This document shows positions 7,983 to 18,435 of a stretch of 64,000 nucleotides of DNA, in pieces. Source of the DNA: Candidatus Daviesbacteria bacterium (GTDB lineage: Bacteria; Patescibacteriota; Microgenomatia; Daviesbacterales; UBA10151); contig JACOXD010000004.1 of the NCBI GenBank assembly GCA_016176465.1, forward strand, positions 114,119-178,118, read 5' to 3'. Within the stretch, counting starts at the first letter, position 1, and every line of letters starts with the position of its first letter. Below the pieces are notes generated by a model, which did not search any database, was not told the DNA's origin, and saw nothing but the letters and a program-made list of their open reading frames with translations. The position numbers were made by a program, and so were the translations under genes.

Positions 7983-10179
7983 TTCCTGTTTTACTGAAAC
8001 TATCTAATTTTACAAGCTATGGAGAAAAAGCGCCTGAATTAAATTTTACAAAATTTAAGCTCGCTGCAATTTCCGGTCCTAATGGTGCTGGTAAATCTTC
8101 ACTTCTTGATGCAATAACATGGTGTCTTTGGGGAACCTCAAGAGCTGGGGACTCATCAGATGAGTTGGTTAGGCTAGGGAGCGATAAAATGTTTGTGCAG
8201 TTTAGTTTTGAACTTGACGGAAATCTTTATACTGTTAAAAGAGCAAGATCTAAAAAAAGCGGTGGAAATACTAGCTTAGAGGTTTGGTCTGGAACAGAGA
8301 AAAAGCCAGAAACACACAATTTAACAGAAGGGACAATTAAAGCGAGCCAGCAAAAAATAATTGATACGCTACACTTAAGTTTTGAAACTTTTACCAACTC
8401 CTCTTTTTTGCGACAGGGTCATGCTGATGAGTTTACTACCAAAGGTCCAACAGATAGAAAAAGAATCTTAGCTAAGAAAAAATAAAAGAAGCGGAGATTA
8501 AATTAACACTTTTGGACTATCAACTTCTGGAAATAGAAGCAGAGCTTTCTTTAAAAAAAGATCGGGAAAAAAATTTTAGTCAAATCCAAAACGAGGTAAA
8601 TTCAGCTAAAAAAGGGGTTTTAGAGATCGAAAGTTTAATAAAAACAATTGAGGAGGAAAAACAATCTATACAGGTAAAGGTCAGTACCTTACTTGAATCC
8701 AAAAAACGCTTTGAGGATTTAAACAAAGAGATTGAGGATTTAAAACTGCAAATTAAGTTAAAGGAAAATACGAAGGAGGAATACCAGCTAATTTTAGATC
8801 AAAAGCAAGTTATTGAGAAAAATTATCAAATGTTACAGAAGTTACAAGAGAAGAAAAAAACTTTGGATAACAAAAGATCACATTTAATAAAACTTAAAGA
8901 TGAGTTGGTTTTGATAGAAAAACAAATTAATGAAAGAGAGGACAAAAGGAAACAAACTATTGCCCATTTAGAAATAGAAGGTAAGGAATTTGAAACAAAA
9001 AATGAACAATTAAAACTTCAAAATGAAAAACTAAGTAAAGAAAAAACCCTATGCCCTACTTGTAATCAACCTATTAGCGGAGAAAAAAACAGGGAAATAA
9101 TTTTAAATAATAAAAAACAAATTGAAGAAAATAACGAAAAACTAAAGGATTTAAGGCAAAAAATTGAAAAATATAAAGTGGTTATTTTGCCAGAATATCA
9201 ACTGGCCAAGGGAAAAGATATGGAGGTTAAAAAATTAGAAGAGGAAACTAAAGAATATTTTGAAACAACCAAAACCCTTTTAGAATTAGATAAGTACTCC
9301 CAAGCATATATGAAACTACAGCAAGCAGAAGTTGCTGTTAAAACCCACCAAGAAACTCTAATTGATTTAGAGAAAATATATAAGATAAAAAGTAAGGATT
9401 TAGAAAAATCCCAAAACTTTAAGGAAAACCTGGATAAGTTTTCAAAGACGTTAGAGGAAATTGAGGAAAAATTAGAAGGCAAGATGGAAGTTAAAAAAGA
9501 ACTCTCCCAAAAGGTTTTAGATCTCTCAGGAAGAGCTGGTGAAGCAAAACAATTAATAGATAGAACCATCCAAATAGAAAATTTATTCAACTTGAAAAAG
9601 AAAGAGAAAAATAAATTAACTAAAGAAAAAGAAATATTTGAGGAGTTAAGCTTAGCTTTTGGTAAAAGAGGCATTCAGGCAATGATTATTGAGGCAGCTA
9701 TTCCAGAAATTGAGGATGAAGCAAATAGGCTACTTAATAAATTAACTGAAGGCAGGATGAAGGTTCGCTTTGAAACTCAAAAAGAAACAAAAACTAAAGT
9801 TCAAACTAGTGAGGGAAAAGTTCATGCTTTAGTTGAGACTTTAGATATCATCATCTCAGATGAAATGGGTGAGAGAAATTATGATCTATATTCAGGAGGA
9901 GAAACTTTTCGGGTCAATTTTGCAATAAGATTGGCAATCTCCAAATTATTAACTCATCGAGCTGGAGCAAAGTTACAATTTTTAATTATTGATGAAGGAT
10001 TTGGTACTCAAGATGCAACAGGTAGAGCAAGATTAATAGAAGTAATTGATGCTATTAAAGATGATTTTGAGAAAATTTTAATTATTACTCATCTTGAGGA
10101 GTTAAAAGACGAGTTTCCGGTAAGAATTGAGGTTTCAAAAGATGCTTCAGGATCCACTTTTGAAATGGTCGGCGCTTAA
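7979..10179 (+). CDS. sbcC: SbcC/Rad50-family ATPase, split into two ORFs (7979..8485 and 8512..10179) by a -1 frame break at an A-run (8477-8485)
   Basis: N-terminal ORF: Walker A GPNGAGKSSLLDAITWCL. C-terminal ORF: a long coiled coil, a zinc-hook CPTC, the ABC signature LSGGETFRVNFAIRLA, and Walker B/D-loop LIIDEGFGTQD. A -1 shift after AAA (8480-8482) reads ...RILAKKK-IKEAEIKLTLLDYQLL..., which fuses both parts collinearly. The second ORF otherwise starts at TTG. Confidence 0.7.
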
Positions 10180-10193
10180 TATACAATTTAAAG

Positions 10194-10616
10194 GTGAGAA
10201 TTTTCAAAAAACTTCTACCTCTAATCCTCTCTATTGTAATTTTAGGATACATTATATATTTTACAAAACCTCCTAATTCTTGGCCTGAGGCATCTAGCTT
10301 TCAAATTTTATCTTTCTTTATCCCCTTTTTACTTTTTACAACTTTCACAATAAATTTATTTATTAGTTATTTGCCCAGAAGTTTCGCTATTGCGCTATCT
10401 TTAATGTTACTTTTAGTATTAAAGGCAGTTAATGAATTAAATCTATTAACAACTGCTGAAGTTTCGCTTTTAGTTTTTTTATTTTTTATTTTTCTTAAAA
10501 AGCCTCCCTTTTCCAGAAAAGATAGGTCTATAAATAAAGATGTACCAATTCCTAAATTAAGATTGAATAATGAAGCAAGTAGGAGTAAACTTAAGAATCT
10601 TGGAAGGAGAAATTAA
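10194..10616 (+). CDS. Small hydrophobic membrane protein (hypothetical)
   Basis: 140 aa with several predicted TM segments and a basic C-terminus. Placed between sbcC and metG. Confidence 0.35.
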   Translation: MRIFKKLLPLILSIVILGYIIYFTKPPNSWPEASSFQILSFFIPFLLFTTFTINLFISYLPRSFAIALSLMLLLVLKAVNELNLLTTAEVSLLVFLFFIFLKKPPFSRKDRSINKDVPIPKLRLNNEASRSKLKNLGRRN

Positions 10617-11984
10617 GTGAATAAATTTTATGTAACCAACTCTATACCATATGTTAATGCCAAACCTCATGTGGGATTAGCCTTGGAGTATACTCAATCA
10701 GATACAATTTATAGGTATCATAAGCTTTTAGGGGAAGAGTGCTTACTTCTTTGCGGTGCAGATGAAAATGCTTTGAAAAATGTTCAAGCTGCTGAAGCTG
10801 CTGGTGAAGATGTCCAAAGTTTTGTTGATAAAAATGCTAAATTTTTTCAGGATTTAGCTGAAAAGTTATACATCCACTTTGATGTTTTCCAAAAAGGAAG
10901 CGATCGTAAACACCATTTAGCTAGCCAAAAGTTATGGCAGCTTTGCAATAAAAGTGGCGATATCTATAAAAAATCCTATAGAGGTCTTTACTGCGTCGGT
11001 TGCGAACAGTTTTATACTAAGGAGGAATTAAATGAAAGTGGTGAGTGCTTTGAACATCCGGGTAAAAAACTTGATGAGGTTTCAGAAGAGAACTATTTTT
11101 TCAAACTATCAAAATACCAAGATAAACTCTTACAATTAATAGCGTCTGATGAATATCAAATCATTCCTGAATTTAGAAAAAATGAGATGCTTATCTTTAT
11201 CAAAAGCAGCTTACAGGATTTTAGTATTTCCAGAAGTAATGAAAGGGCTAAAAACTGGGGGGTGCAGGTTCCAGGAGATCCAACACAGCGAATTTATGTA
11301 TGGTTTGACGCTTTAAATATTTACCAATCAGGTATTGGGTTTGGATCTGATGAAGAAAAATATAACAAATGGTGGCCGGCTAATTTACATGTTATTGGCA
11401 AAGGTATTATTAGATTTCATGCAATTTATTGGCCAGCAATTTTGCTTTCTGCTGGGCTAAAGTTACCTAAAAAGTTATTTGTCCATGAATATTTCACTGT
11501 TAATGGTCAAAAGATTTCCAAAACCTTAGGTAACGTTATAGATCCAACTCCCCTAACTTCGCAGTTTGGTGCTGACGGACTAAGATATTATTGTTTAGCT
11601 AAAGTCTCCCCCTTCCAAGATGGAGATTTTACAATTGATAAGTTAAAAGAAGCATATAACTCTGATCTAGCTAATGGTTTAGGCAACTTAGTTTCAAGAG
11701 TTGCTAAGCTTTGTGAGAAAATTAATTTTGAAGCTCCAAAATTAGAGGAAAAATTTGATCCAGAAGTAAAGCAGTTACTTGAGGAATATAAATTTAATGA
11801 GGCACTAGCTTGGATCTGGGAGATTATTTCTATTGCAGATTCTAGGGTAAATGAAGAAAAACCTTGGGAAAAAGAGGGTCTAGATTTAAAAGAAGATTTA
11901 GATGAATTAGTTAGATTAATTCAACGTATTGCTTTTAATTTACAACCCTTTCGGCTCTTTTTCCCAGGATATAATGATATTTAA
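10617..11984 (+). CDS. metG: Methionyl-tRNA synthetase, minimal form lacking a C-terminal tRNA-binding extension
   Basis: The class I HIGH-region variant NAKPHVGLALEY, the CVGCEQF zinc knuckle, the KMSKS motif KISKTLGNVIDP, and an anticodon-binding helix region. Confidence 0.8.
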   Translation: MNKFYVTNSIPYVNAKPHVGLALEYTQSDTIYRYHKLLGEECLLLCGADENALKNVQAAEAAGEDVQSFVDKNAKFFQDLAEKLYIHFDVFQKGSDRKHHLASQKLWQLCNKSGDIYKKSYRGLYCVGCEQFYTKEELNESGECFEHPGKKLDEVSEENYFFKLSKYQDKLLQLIASDEYQIIPEFRKNEMLIFIKSSLQDFSISRSNERAKNWGVQVPGDPTQRIYVWFDALNIYQSGIGFGSDEEKYNKWWPANLHVIGKGIIRFHAIYWPAILLSAGLKLPKKLFVHEYFTVNGQKISKTLGNVIDPTPLTSQFGADGLRYYCLAKVSPFQDGDFTIDKLKEAYNSDLANGLGNLVSRVAKLCEKINFEAPKLEEKFDPEVKQLLEEYKFNEALAWIWEIISIADSRVNEEKPWEKEGLDLKEDLDELVRLIQRIAFNLQPFRLFFPGYNDI

Positions 11985-12675
11985 AAATTTTTCTAATTTA
12001 ATTTATGCAGTCTCTACTATTAGTGATGCAAATATGTCTTTTAAAACCGGTCCAAAAGAGGAGGTTTTAGCTAATCGTCAAAGGTTTGCTCAAAAGATTG
12101 GGATTGAACCAAACTTTATCAGTGTTCATCAAGTTCATGGCAATAAGGTCCTAGTTGTTTCTAATAACGACTTAGGTAAGTCAGAAAAAGAAGCAGATGC
12201 CATAATTACTAAAGAGCCAAATATTTTTTTACTTATAGGCAGCGCTGATTGTTTGGCAATCTCTTTCTCTGATCCAAAAAATAAAACCATTGGCCTATCT
12301 CATGCAGGCTGGAGGGGTCTGGATAAAAAAATTATTAAACAAACAATTTTTAAAATGAAGCAACATTTTAAAACCGATCCTAGAGATTTAATTATTGAGA
12401 TCTCCCCATCAATTGGTCCTTGCCATTATGGCAACTTAAGTTTGAAAAATAAAAAATCCTGGGAAAAATATTTCAGTAAAGATGCAGATAATAGCAAGGG
12501 CCTAGATTTATGGCAAGCGGCTAAGGATCAGTTAACGAAAGAAGGAGTTCCAGATAAAAACATTGCCAATTTAAAAGTTTGCACTTTTGATAATAAAAAT
12601 TACTTCTCTAACAGAAGATCTAACTTAACAAAAGAACCAGATTCCCGTTTTGCTACAATATTGGGGGTTAAATGA
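11974..12675 (+). CDS. YfiH/PgeF-family (DUF152, laccase-domain) protein
   Basis: QVHGNKVLVV, GSADCLAISFSDP, GLSHAGWRGL and a CH dyad are signature residues of the YfiH family. The track ORF begins at 11929, but an ATG at 11974 avoids a long overlap with metG. Confidence 0.6.
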   Translation: MIFKNFSNLIYAVSTISDANMSFKTGPKEEVLANRQRFAQKIGIEPNFISVHQVHGNKVLVVSNNDLGKSEKEADAIITKEPNIFLLIGSADCLAISFSDPKNKTIGLSHAGWRGLDKKIIKQTIFKMKQHFKTDPRDLIIEISPSIGPCHYGNLSLKNKKSWEKYFSKDADNSKGLDLWQAAKDQLTKEGVPDKNIANLKVCTFDNKNYFSNRRSNLTKEPDSRFATILGVK

Positions 12676-13322
12676 AACCAAAATTAAATAAAGAAGAAAA
12701 GCTAACTTTAAACACATATAAAAAAATCGCTAGACAATGGGCAAGAGAACATTCAGATAATATTTGGTCTAAAGAGATCGCAATTTTTAAAAAATACTTA
12801 CCTAAGGGTAAAATTTTAGAAATAGGTTCTGGTGATGGTCGGGATGCAAAGCAGTTAATTAAAATGGGTTATCAATATATTGGTACTGATATTTCTAAAG
12901 AGCTTCTAAAAGTAGCTAAAATGAATAACCCAAAAGCTAAATTTTATAATCAAAGCGTCTATGAGCTAGATTTCCCTGATAATTATTTTGATGGTTTTTG
13001 GGCCTCAGCAGTACTACTACACATACCAAAGGTAAGAATTAACGAAGCTTTAAAAAGAATTCAATATGTAACTAAGAATAAAGGACTGGGATTTATTACT
13101 TTAAAAAGAGGCGAGGGCGAAAAAATTGTAGAAGAAGTTACAGAAACTGGAATGAAATATAAACGGCTTTTCTCATATTATTTATTGGATGAATTTAAGA
13201 AAATTCTTAAGAAGAATGGGTTTGATATCATAAAAAGTTCTCAGAAAAGGATGGGTAAAACAACCTGGCTAATATATTTTGTAAGAGCGATAAAAAGGGA
13301 TAAAAAATTGGAGCTATTTTGA
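12672..13322 (+). CDS. Class I SAM-dependent methyltransferase
   Basis: Motif I ILEIGSGDGRDAKQL, followed by an acidic post-I residue (GTDIS) and motif II/III spacing. Confidence 0.55.
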   Translation: MKPKLNKEEKLTLNTYKKIARQWAREHSDNIWSKEIAIFKKYLPKGKILEIGSGDGRDAKQLIKMGYQYIGTDISKELLKVAKMNNPKAKFYNQSVYELDFPDNYFDGFWASAVLLHIPKVRINEALKRIQYVTKNKGLGFITLKRGEGEKIVEEVTETGMKYKRLFSYYLLDEFKKILKKNGFDIIKSSQKRMGKTTWLIYFVRAIKRDKKLELF

Positions 13323-13405
13323 TACAACAAACTGCTATAGCTTATCTGTGTATCAACTCCTAATTAATTTTATAAGTTTAGACTCTTAATTGATATAATC
13401 TTTTT

Positions 13406-14242
13406 ATGATTACTGACACTCATGCACATCTTTTTTGGGATTCATTTAAGAAAGATTTTGATGACGTTATAAAAAGGGCACTTGAGAACAAGGTAACTAC
13501 TATAATTAATGTAGGAACTGATCTGGAAACTTCTCAGGAGGCCCTTGATCAAGTTCAAGGTGAACTCTCAAATTTTCCAGAACTTTCAACTTACTCGACT
13601 ATTGGTATTCACCCGCATGAGGCCATCAAATACCTAGGTGATAAGAGATACAGGATACGTAATAAGTTAGAAAAAGACATTGAAATATTAGAACAAATTT
13701 ATAAATCTAATCCCAAGAAAGTAATAGCTGTCGGTGAGTGTGGGTTGGATTATTTTTTTGTTCCAGAATATATTCCCCCTTCCTTATCTATTGAGCAAAT
13801 TAAACATTTACAAGGAAAATTATTTCTGGCTCAAGTAAAGTTAGCTCATAAACTAAATTTACCCTTATTAGTCCACTGTAGAAAAGCTTGGGATGATATC
13901 TGGGAGTATCTTGATAATTTAAGTGGAATTATGCACTGTTTTAGTGGAGATTTAGAATCTGCAAAAAAAGCTATTAATATGGGGTTTTTAATCTCTTTTG
14001 CAGCAACCTTAACTTATCCTAAAAATGAAAACTTAAGAGAAGTTGCTCAAAAAATCCCACTAGATAAAATTGTTTTAGAAACTGATTGCCCATTCTTACC
14101 ACCCCAATCCAAAAGAGGACAGCGCAATGAACCATCATCAGTTTTAGAAATTGCAAAGTTAGTTGCAAATTTGAAAGGAATAACTATAGATAAAGTTGCT
14201 ACCCAAACTACAATTAACTTCAAAAATCTAGTTAAAGTCTAA
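13406..14242 (+). CDS. TatD-family metal-dependent hydrolase
   Basis: MITDTHAHL (HxH), GECGLDY, LVHCR, and the C-terminal D of the TatD consensus. Confidence 0.7.
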   Translation: MITDTHAHLFWDSFKKDFDDVIKRALENKVTTIINVGTDLETSQEALDQVQGELSNFPELSTYSTIGIHPHEAIKYLGDKRYRIRNKLEKDIEILEQIYKSNPKKVIAVGECGLDYFFVPEYIPPSLSIEQIKHLQGKLFLAQVKLAHKLNLPLLVHCRKAWDDIWEYLDNLSGIMHCFSGDLESAKKAINMGFLISFAATLTYPKNENLREVAQKIPLDKIVLETDCPFLPPQSKRGQRNEPSSVLEIAKLVANLKGITIDKVATQTTINFKNLVKV

Positions 14243-14299
14243 TTTTTCATTTGCAATCAACCTTTAAATTCCTTAAACTTTAGTGTACCTTCCCAAAAT

Positions 14300-16069
14300 A
14301 TGCGCTTACTTTTAAGCTTTTTTATAGGTGTCATCGGCTTTTTTTATTTGGGGGAATTATACAAAAGAACCTTCAAAAAACCGCCCCACCCTCTTCCCGG
14401 ATTACTCTTGATCTTGAGTGGATTTTTAGTCGGTTTTTGGGGTAAGGGTTATTTTCAGAAACCTTTAGATATTTTTATAGCTTTATTTTTACTAGGAGCA
14501 GGTGTGGGTTTAACTGCTTATCGCCTTTTATCTTCGCGCTATATTATCTCTGAGAAAGCGGAAAAAGGCTTTATCCACCGCCATGAAACTACACTGGAAC
14601 GATTCTTAGAAATTATTCCAGGAGCTTTAACTTGGATTGCACTCACCTCTCCTTTCTGGCTTTCCTTCACTCTACCTTTCGCTCTGGCTTATCTTTTAAT
14701 TATTGCAGATGTTTACTGGTTAATTAGCTCTGTAAAAACTGCTATATTAATTTATTTAGGATATAAAAAACTAAACTGGGCTAAAAAGCAACCATGGTTA
14801 GAAAAATTAAAAAAAGATTTTCCAAATGAATGGAAAGATTATTATCATCTATTAGTTATCCCAACTTATAAAGAAAATTTAAAAGTTTTAGCGCCTGTTT
14901 TTGATGCCATAGTTAATTCAAATTATCCTAAAGATAAAATTTTTTTAGGGTTAGGATTTGAAGCGTGGGATGATCCACAAAAAATTAAAGAGGTAAAAAA
15001 TTATTTAAAACAAGTTGAGAAAAAAATTGGTGGAGTTTTAACCACTATCCATGAACTTCAACCAGGTGAAGTTAAAGGTCCAGGTTCTAATCGAAACTGG
15101 ATGATTAAAGAAGCTCTAAAAGAGTTTGCAAAAAGAAAAATTGAGATAGACAAAATTTTTGTTACCACAATGGATGCAGATTTTGTGTTACATCCTGAGT
15201 TTTTAGGTGGAGCTTTGCATAAATATCTTTCCACCCCAGAGGAAATAAGAAATAAAAGAACTTATACAGGTTCGTTTCTCTACTACAACAACTATTGGCA
15301 AGCCCCAGCTCCAATGCGGATGATTGCTGTGGGAACTGCTTTTTGGCAATTAACAGAGATGCTATCATCCGATAAGTATCGGAACTTTTCTTCCTTTTCT
15401 ATTAACCTTAAATCACTACTTGATATTGGACTCTGGATGCCTGATAAAGTCAACGATGATTCCGGTTTTTATTGGAAAGCCTATTATCATTTTAAAGGAG
15501 ACTATAAAGTCATACCTCATTTTGTCCCGTTAAATGCTGATACTGTTTTGGATGAATCATTATTTAAAACTGTTATAAATCAATACCAACAATTAAAAAG
15601 ATGGGCTTACGGGGTGGAGTTTTACCCATATATTGTTAAAGAGTATTTTAGAAGATCTGATATTGATTTTTGGGATAAAACAGATAAGTTATTTTTTGCT
15701 CTCTGGGGTTATTGGAAATGGGGAACGTTAGCTTTATTTGTGACCTTTGGTGGAATACTAATTCCTATATTAAATCCCAACTATAAACAATCAGTCATTG
15801 CTGTTAATTTGCCCATCATCTCTTCCTGGATTCTAACTGCTGCTTTCCTTGGATTATCAGCAACTATTTTTGTCCATGAAAAAACAGTCCCTCCCCGCCC
15901 CAAAGAATGGGGGCTGCTAAAGCGAGCCTGGTCTTATTTGCAATTTTTACTCGTTCCGATAATTGTTGTTACCATCTCCTCAATCCCTCCTATACATGCC
16001 CAAACTTCTTTAATGTTTGGTCGATACTTAGAATTTAGGGTTACTAGGAAAGCCAGGGTTGAGGAATGA
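14300..16069 (+). CDS. Polytopic membrane glycosyltransferase (GT2-like)
   Basis: 589 aa. N-terminal and C-terminal TM bundles flank a cytoplasmic domain. Its motifs include VIPTYKEN, TMDAD (DxD-like) and QQLKRW (QxxRW-like). Confidence 0.45.
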   Translation: MRLLLSFFIGVIGFFYLGELYKRTFKKPPHPLPGLLLILSGFLVGFWGKGYFQKPLDIFIALFLLGAGVGLTAYRLLSSRYIISEKAEKGFIHRHETTLERFLEIIPGALTWIALTSPFWLSFTLPFALAYLLIIADVYWLISSVKTAILIYLGYKKLNWAKKQPWLEKLKKDFPNEWKDYYHLLVIPTYKENLKVLAPVFDAIVNSNYPKDKIFLGLGFEAWDDPQKIKEVKNYLKQVEKKIGGVLTTIHELQPGEVKGPGSNRNWMIKEALKEFAKRKIEIDKIFVTTMDADFVLHPEFLGGALHKYLSTPEEIRNKRTYTGSFLYYNNYWQAPAPMRMIAVGTAFWQLTEMLSSDKYRNFSSFSINLKSLLDIGLWMPDKVNDDSGFYWKAYYHFKGDYKVIPHFVPLNADTVLDESLFKTVINQYQQLKRWAYGVEFYPYIVKEYFRRSDIDFWDKTDKLFFALWGYWKWGTLALFVTFGGILIPILNPNYKQSVIAVNLPIISSWILTAAFLGLSATIFVHEKTVPPRPKEWGLLKRAWSYLQFLLVPIIVVTISSIPPIHAQTSLMFGRYLEFRVTRKARVEE

Positions 16070-16440
16070 TGAATTTATTTAACAAAATATTCAGTTTAGG
16101 GCTATCCCCAAAAACTGATCGGTTAAACCTTTATGCCTTTTTACTCTGTCTTTTTTTAGCTTTAATAACTTTAATCTTTTTTTTAATTAATAGGTCAGAC
16201 TTGCCTTTACAGCTACCACTTTTTTACTCACTGCCTTGGGGGGAAGGACAACTTATATTTCCTGATCAATTTTTAATTTTACCCCTTATAATTATTTTAA
16301 TAACCATGATTAATTCAATTATCTCTTGGCATTTACATGAGTCCCAACTATTACTTAAAAGAATATTGCTTATTAGTAGCGCTGCTTGCGCTTTTTTAAT
16401 ATTTATAACTGCCTTAAGAATTATTTATATCTATGTTTGA
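16066..16440 (+). CDS. Small membrane protein (hypothetical)
   Basis: 124 aa with three or four hydrophobic helices. It is translationally coupled to its neighbours (ATGA and ATG overlaps). Confidence 0.3.
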   Translation: MMNLFNKIFSLGLSPKTDRLNLYAFLLCLFLALITLIFFLINRSDLPLQLPLFYSLPWGEGQLIFPDQFLILPLIIILITMINSIISWHLHESQLLLKRILLISSAACAFLIFITALRIIYIYV

Positions 16441-17557
16441 TATAAGTTTTTTTATCCAGCTTTTAATTCCAGCCTTTATGGCATTTATGCTAACTTTACT
16501 TGCAATTCCCATTACAATTAAGTTAGCTTATAAATACAAATTAGTTGATGATCCAAATTTAAGACCCCATCCAGCTCATTTACATAAAAAAATAATTCCC
16601 AGGGCTGGAGGTTTACCTATTTTTTTAGCAATTTTTATATCTAGTTTACTTTTTTTACCACTTGAAAAACAACTTTTAGGAATTTTGCTTGGGGCTTCAC
16701 TCTTATTGGTCGTAGGATTAGTCGATGATCGAATATTAAATTTTAACCCTTATTTGCGATTATCTCTTTTATTTATTGCAGCGTTTATAGCAGTTTCCTT
16801 TGGGGTTGGGATCTCTTTTATAACTAATCCATTTTTTAACTTAAACATTCCTTTTTTACCCTGGAAGGAGGCAGTAATTCCTTTTGAGCAAATTAAATTT
16901 TTTGATGAAATAGGTTTTTCAAGCGCTTATATTTTTGCTTTTTTACTAATAGTGTCTTTAACTCAAGTGATTAACTTTTCTAAGGGCGTTGATGGGCAAA
17001 TGCCAGGTCTTACTTTAGTTACATCTTTGACCTTAGGATTACTTTCACTAAAACTTTTTTTTGCAGGAGATCCTAATCAACTAAATTTAGCTAAACTCTC
17101 ATTTATTTTAGCTGGTGGCTCACTTGGTTTTTTAATTTTCAATTGGCATCCGGCCAAAATTTTACCTGGCTTTTCCGCCTCCACTATCTTAGCTTTTATG
17201 TTAGCTAACCTAGCTATTTTATCCGGTGCTAAAGTTGCAACTACCCTTTTAGTCCTTGCTATTCCAGCAATTGATTTTAGTTATACCATTTTACGAAGAA
17301 TTCTATCAGGCCGTTCACCAGTTTGGGGAGATCGAGGCCATCTGCATCATAAATTATTGGATATGGGCTGGTCCCATACACAAATTAGCTTGTTTTACAT
17401 AAGTGTTTCTGCTATTTTAGGGACAGTTGCGTTATTTGTTGATACCCAAAGTAAGTTTTTTGGTGGCTTGGTAGTAATGCTTATATTTGTTATTTTTATT
17501 TTATGGATAAATTCATTTGGGGGATTATCAAAGCGATCCGACCCAGACAATGGATAA
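16433..17557 (+). CDS. Glycosyltransferase family 4 polyprenol-phosphate sugar-1-phosphate transferase (MraY/WecA family)
   Basis: About 10 TM helices, a DD motif (LVDDRILN), cytoplasmic loop motifs (GVDGQMPGL, NWHPAKILPG) and a C-terminal HLHH segment typical of MraY/WecA. Confidence 0.55.
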   Translation: MFDISFFIQLLIPAFMAFMLTLLAIPITIKLAYKYKLVDDPNLRPHPAHLHKKIIPRAGGLPIFLAIFISSLLFLPLEKQLLGILLGASLLLVVGLVDDRILNFNPYLRLSLLFIAAFIAVSFGVGISFITNPFFNLNIPFLPWKEAVIPFEQIKFFDEIGFSSAYIFAFLLIVSLTQVINFSKGVDGQMPGLTLVTSLTLGLLSLKLFFAGDPNQLNLAKLSFILAGGSLGFLIFNWHPAKILPGFSASTILAFMLANLAILSGAKVATTLLVLAIPAIDFSYTILRRILSGRSPVWGDRGHLHHKLLDMGWSHTQISLFYISVSAILGTVALFVDTQSKFFGGLVVMLIFVIFILWINSFGGLSKRSDPDNG

Positions 17558-18435
17558 AAAATTTAAGCTTGTTTGCGGGCTTAATTTTCTCCGGCCAACT
17601 TATTAGCAGCCAATCAGTATTTATTTCAATATATGCATTTTTAATTTTTTGTGGAATTACCTCTGCTACTTATTTACTAAATGATTTATTTGATATTGAA
17701 AGAGATAGGTTACACCCTTTTAAAAGTAAGCGTCCAATTGCATCAGGAGTGATCCCAATTCCTTTTGCTACTGCTTTAAGTCTAGGGCTAATTGTTATTT
17801 TACTTCCACTTTCATATTCTCTGTCTCCATCATTTTTCCTGGCTTGTTTGGCTTATTTAACTTTGCATCTTTTTTATTCAGCTTATCTTAAAACCGTCAT
17901 TTTACTTGATGTAATGATGATTGCTGCTGGATTTGTACTGCGAATTTACGCCGGTATGTGGGTAATTGATGCTCATTTAAACGTTTGGTTTTTACTGACT
18001 GTTTCATCATTCGCTTTGTTTTTGGCAATTGGAAAGAGGCGCTCTGAGCTAACTTTACTTCAAGGACAAGCGGCTAAACATCGCGAAACGCTGCTTCACT
18101 ATCCAGAGAATTTATTAGACATTTTAACTTCGATGTTTGCCACAGCTACTTGGATCTCTTATGCCTTTTTTGCCTTCTTGCAAACTCCTATTTCAGTAAG
18201 AGAAAGCTTAAGAGGAGTTTTTGCCAATCTTTCAATTCCTATTAATGAGGCTAAATATTTTATGATTACAGTTCCGCTAGTGATTTATGGCGTGATGAGA
18301 TATCTATATATAATTTATGAAAAAAAAGAAGGTGAATCTCCAGAGCGGGTTATTTTAACTGATAAACCGCTTCTTTTTACAACTATACTTTGGATTTCAA
18401 TGATTGTTGTGATAATTTACTATATTGGTGGCTAA
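17503..18435 (+). CDS. UbiA-family prenyltransferase (decaprenyl-phosphate phosphoribosyltransferase-like)
   Basis: The NDLFDIERDRLHP motif (NDxxDxxxD) and a second Asp-rich region, with 8-9 TM helices. Confidence 0.6.
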   Translation: MDKFIWGIIKAIRPRQWIKNLSLFAGLIFSGQLISSQSVFISIYAFLIFCGITSATYLLNDLFDIERDRLHPFKSKRPIASGVIPIPFATALSLGLIVILLPLSYSLSPSFFLACLAYLTLHLFYSAYLKTVILLDVMMIAAGFVLRIYAGMWVIDAHLNVWFLLTVSSFALFLAIGKRRSELTLLQGQAAKHRETLLHYPENLLDILTSMFATATWISYAFFAFLQTPISVRESLRGVFANLSIPINEAKYFMITVPLVIYGVMRYLYIIYEKKEGESPERVILTDKPLLFTTILWISMIVVIIYYIGG

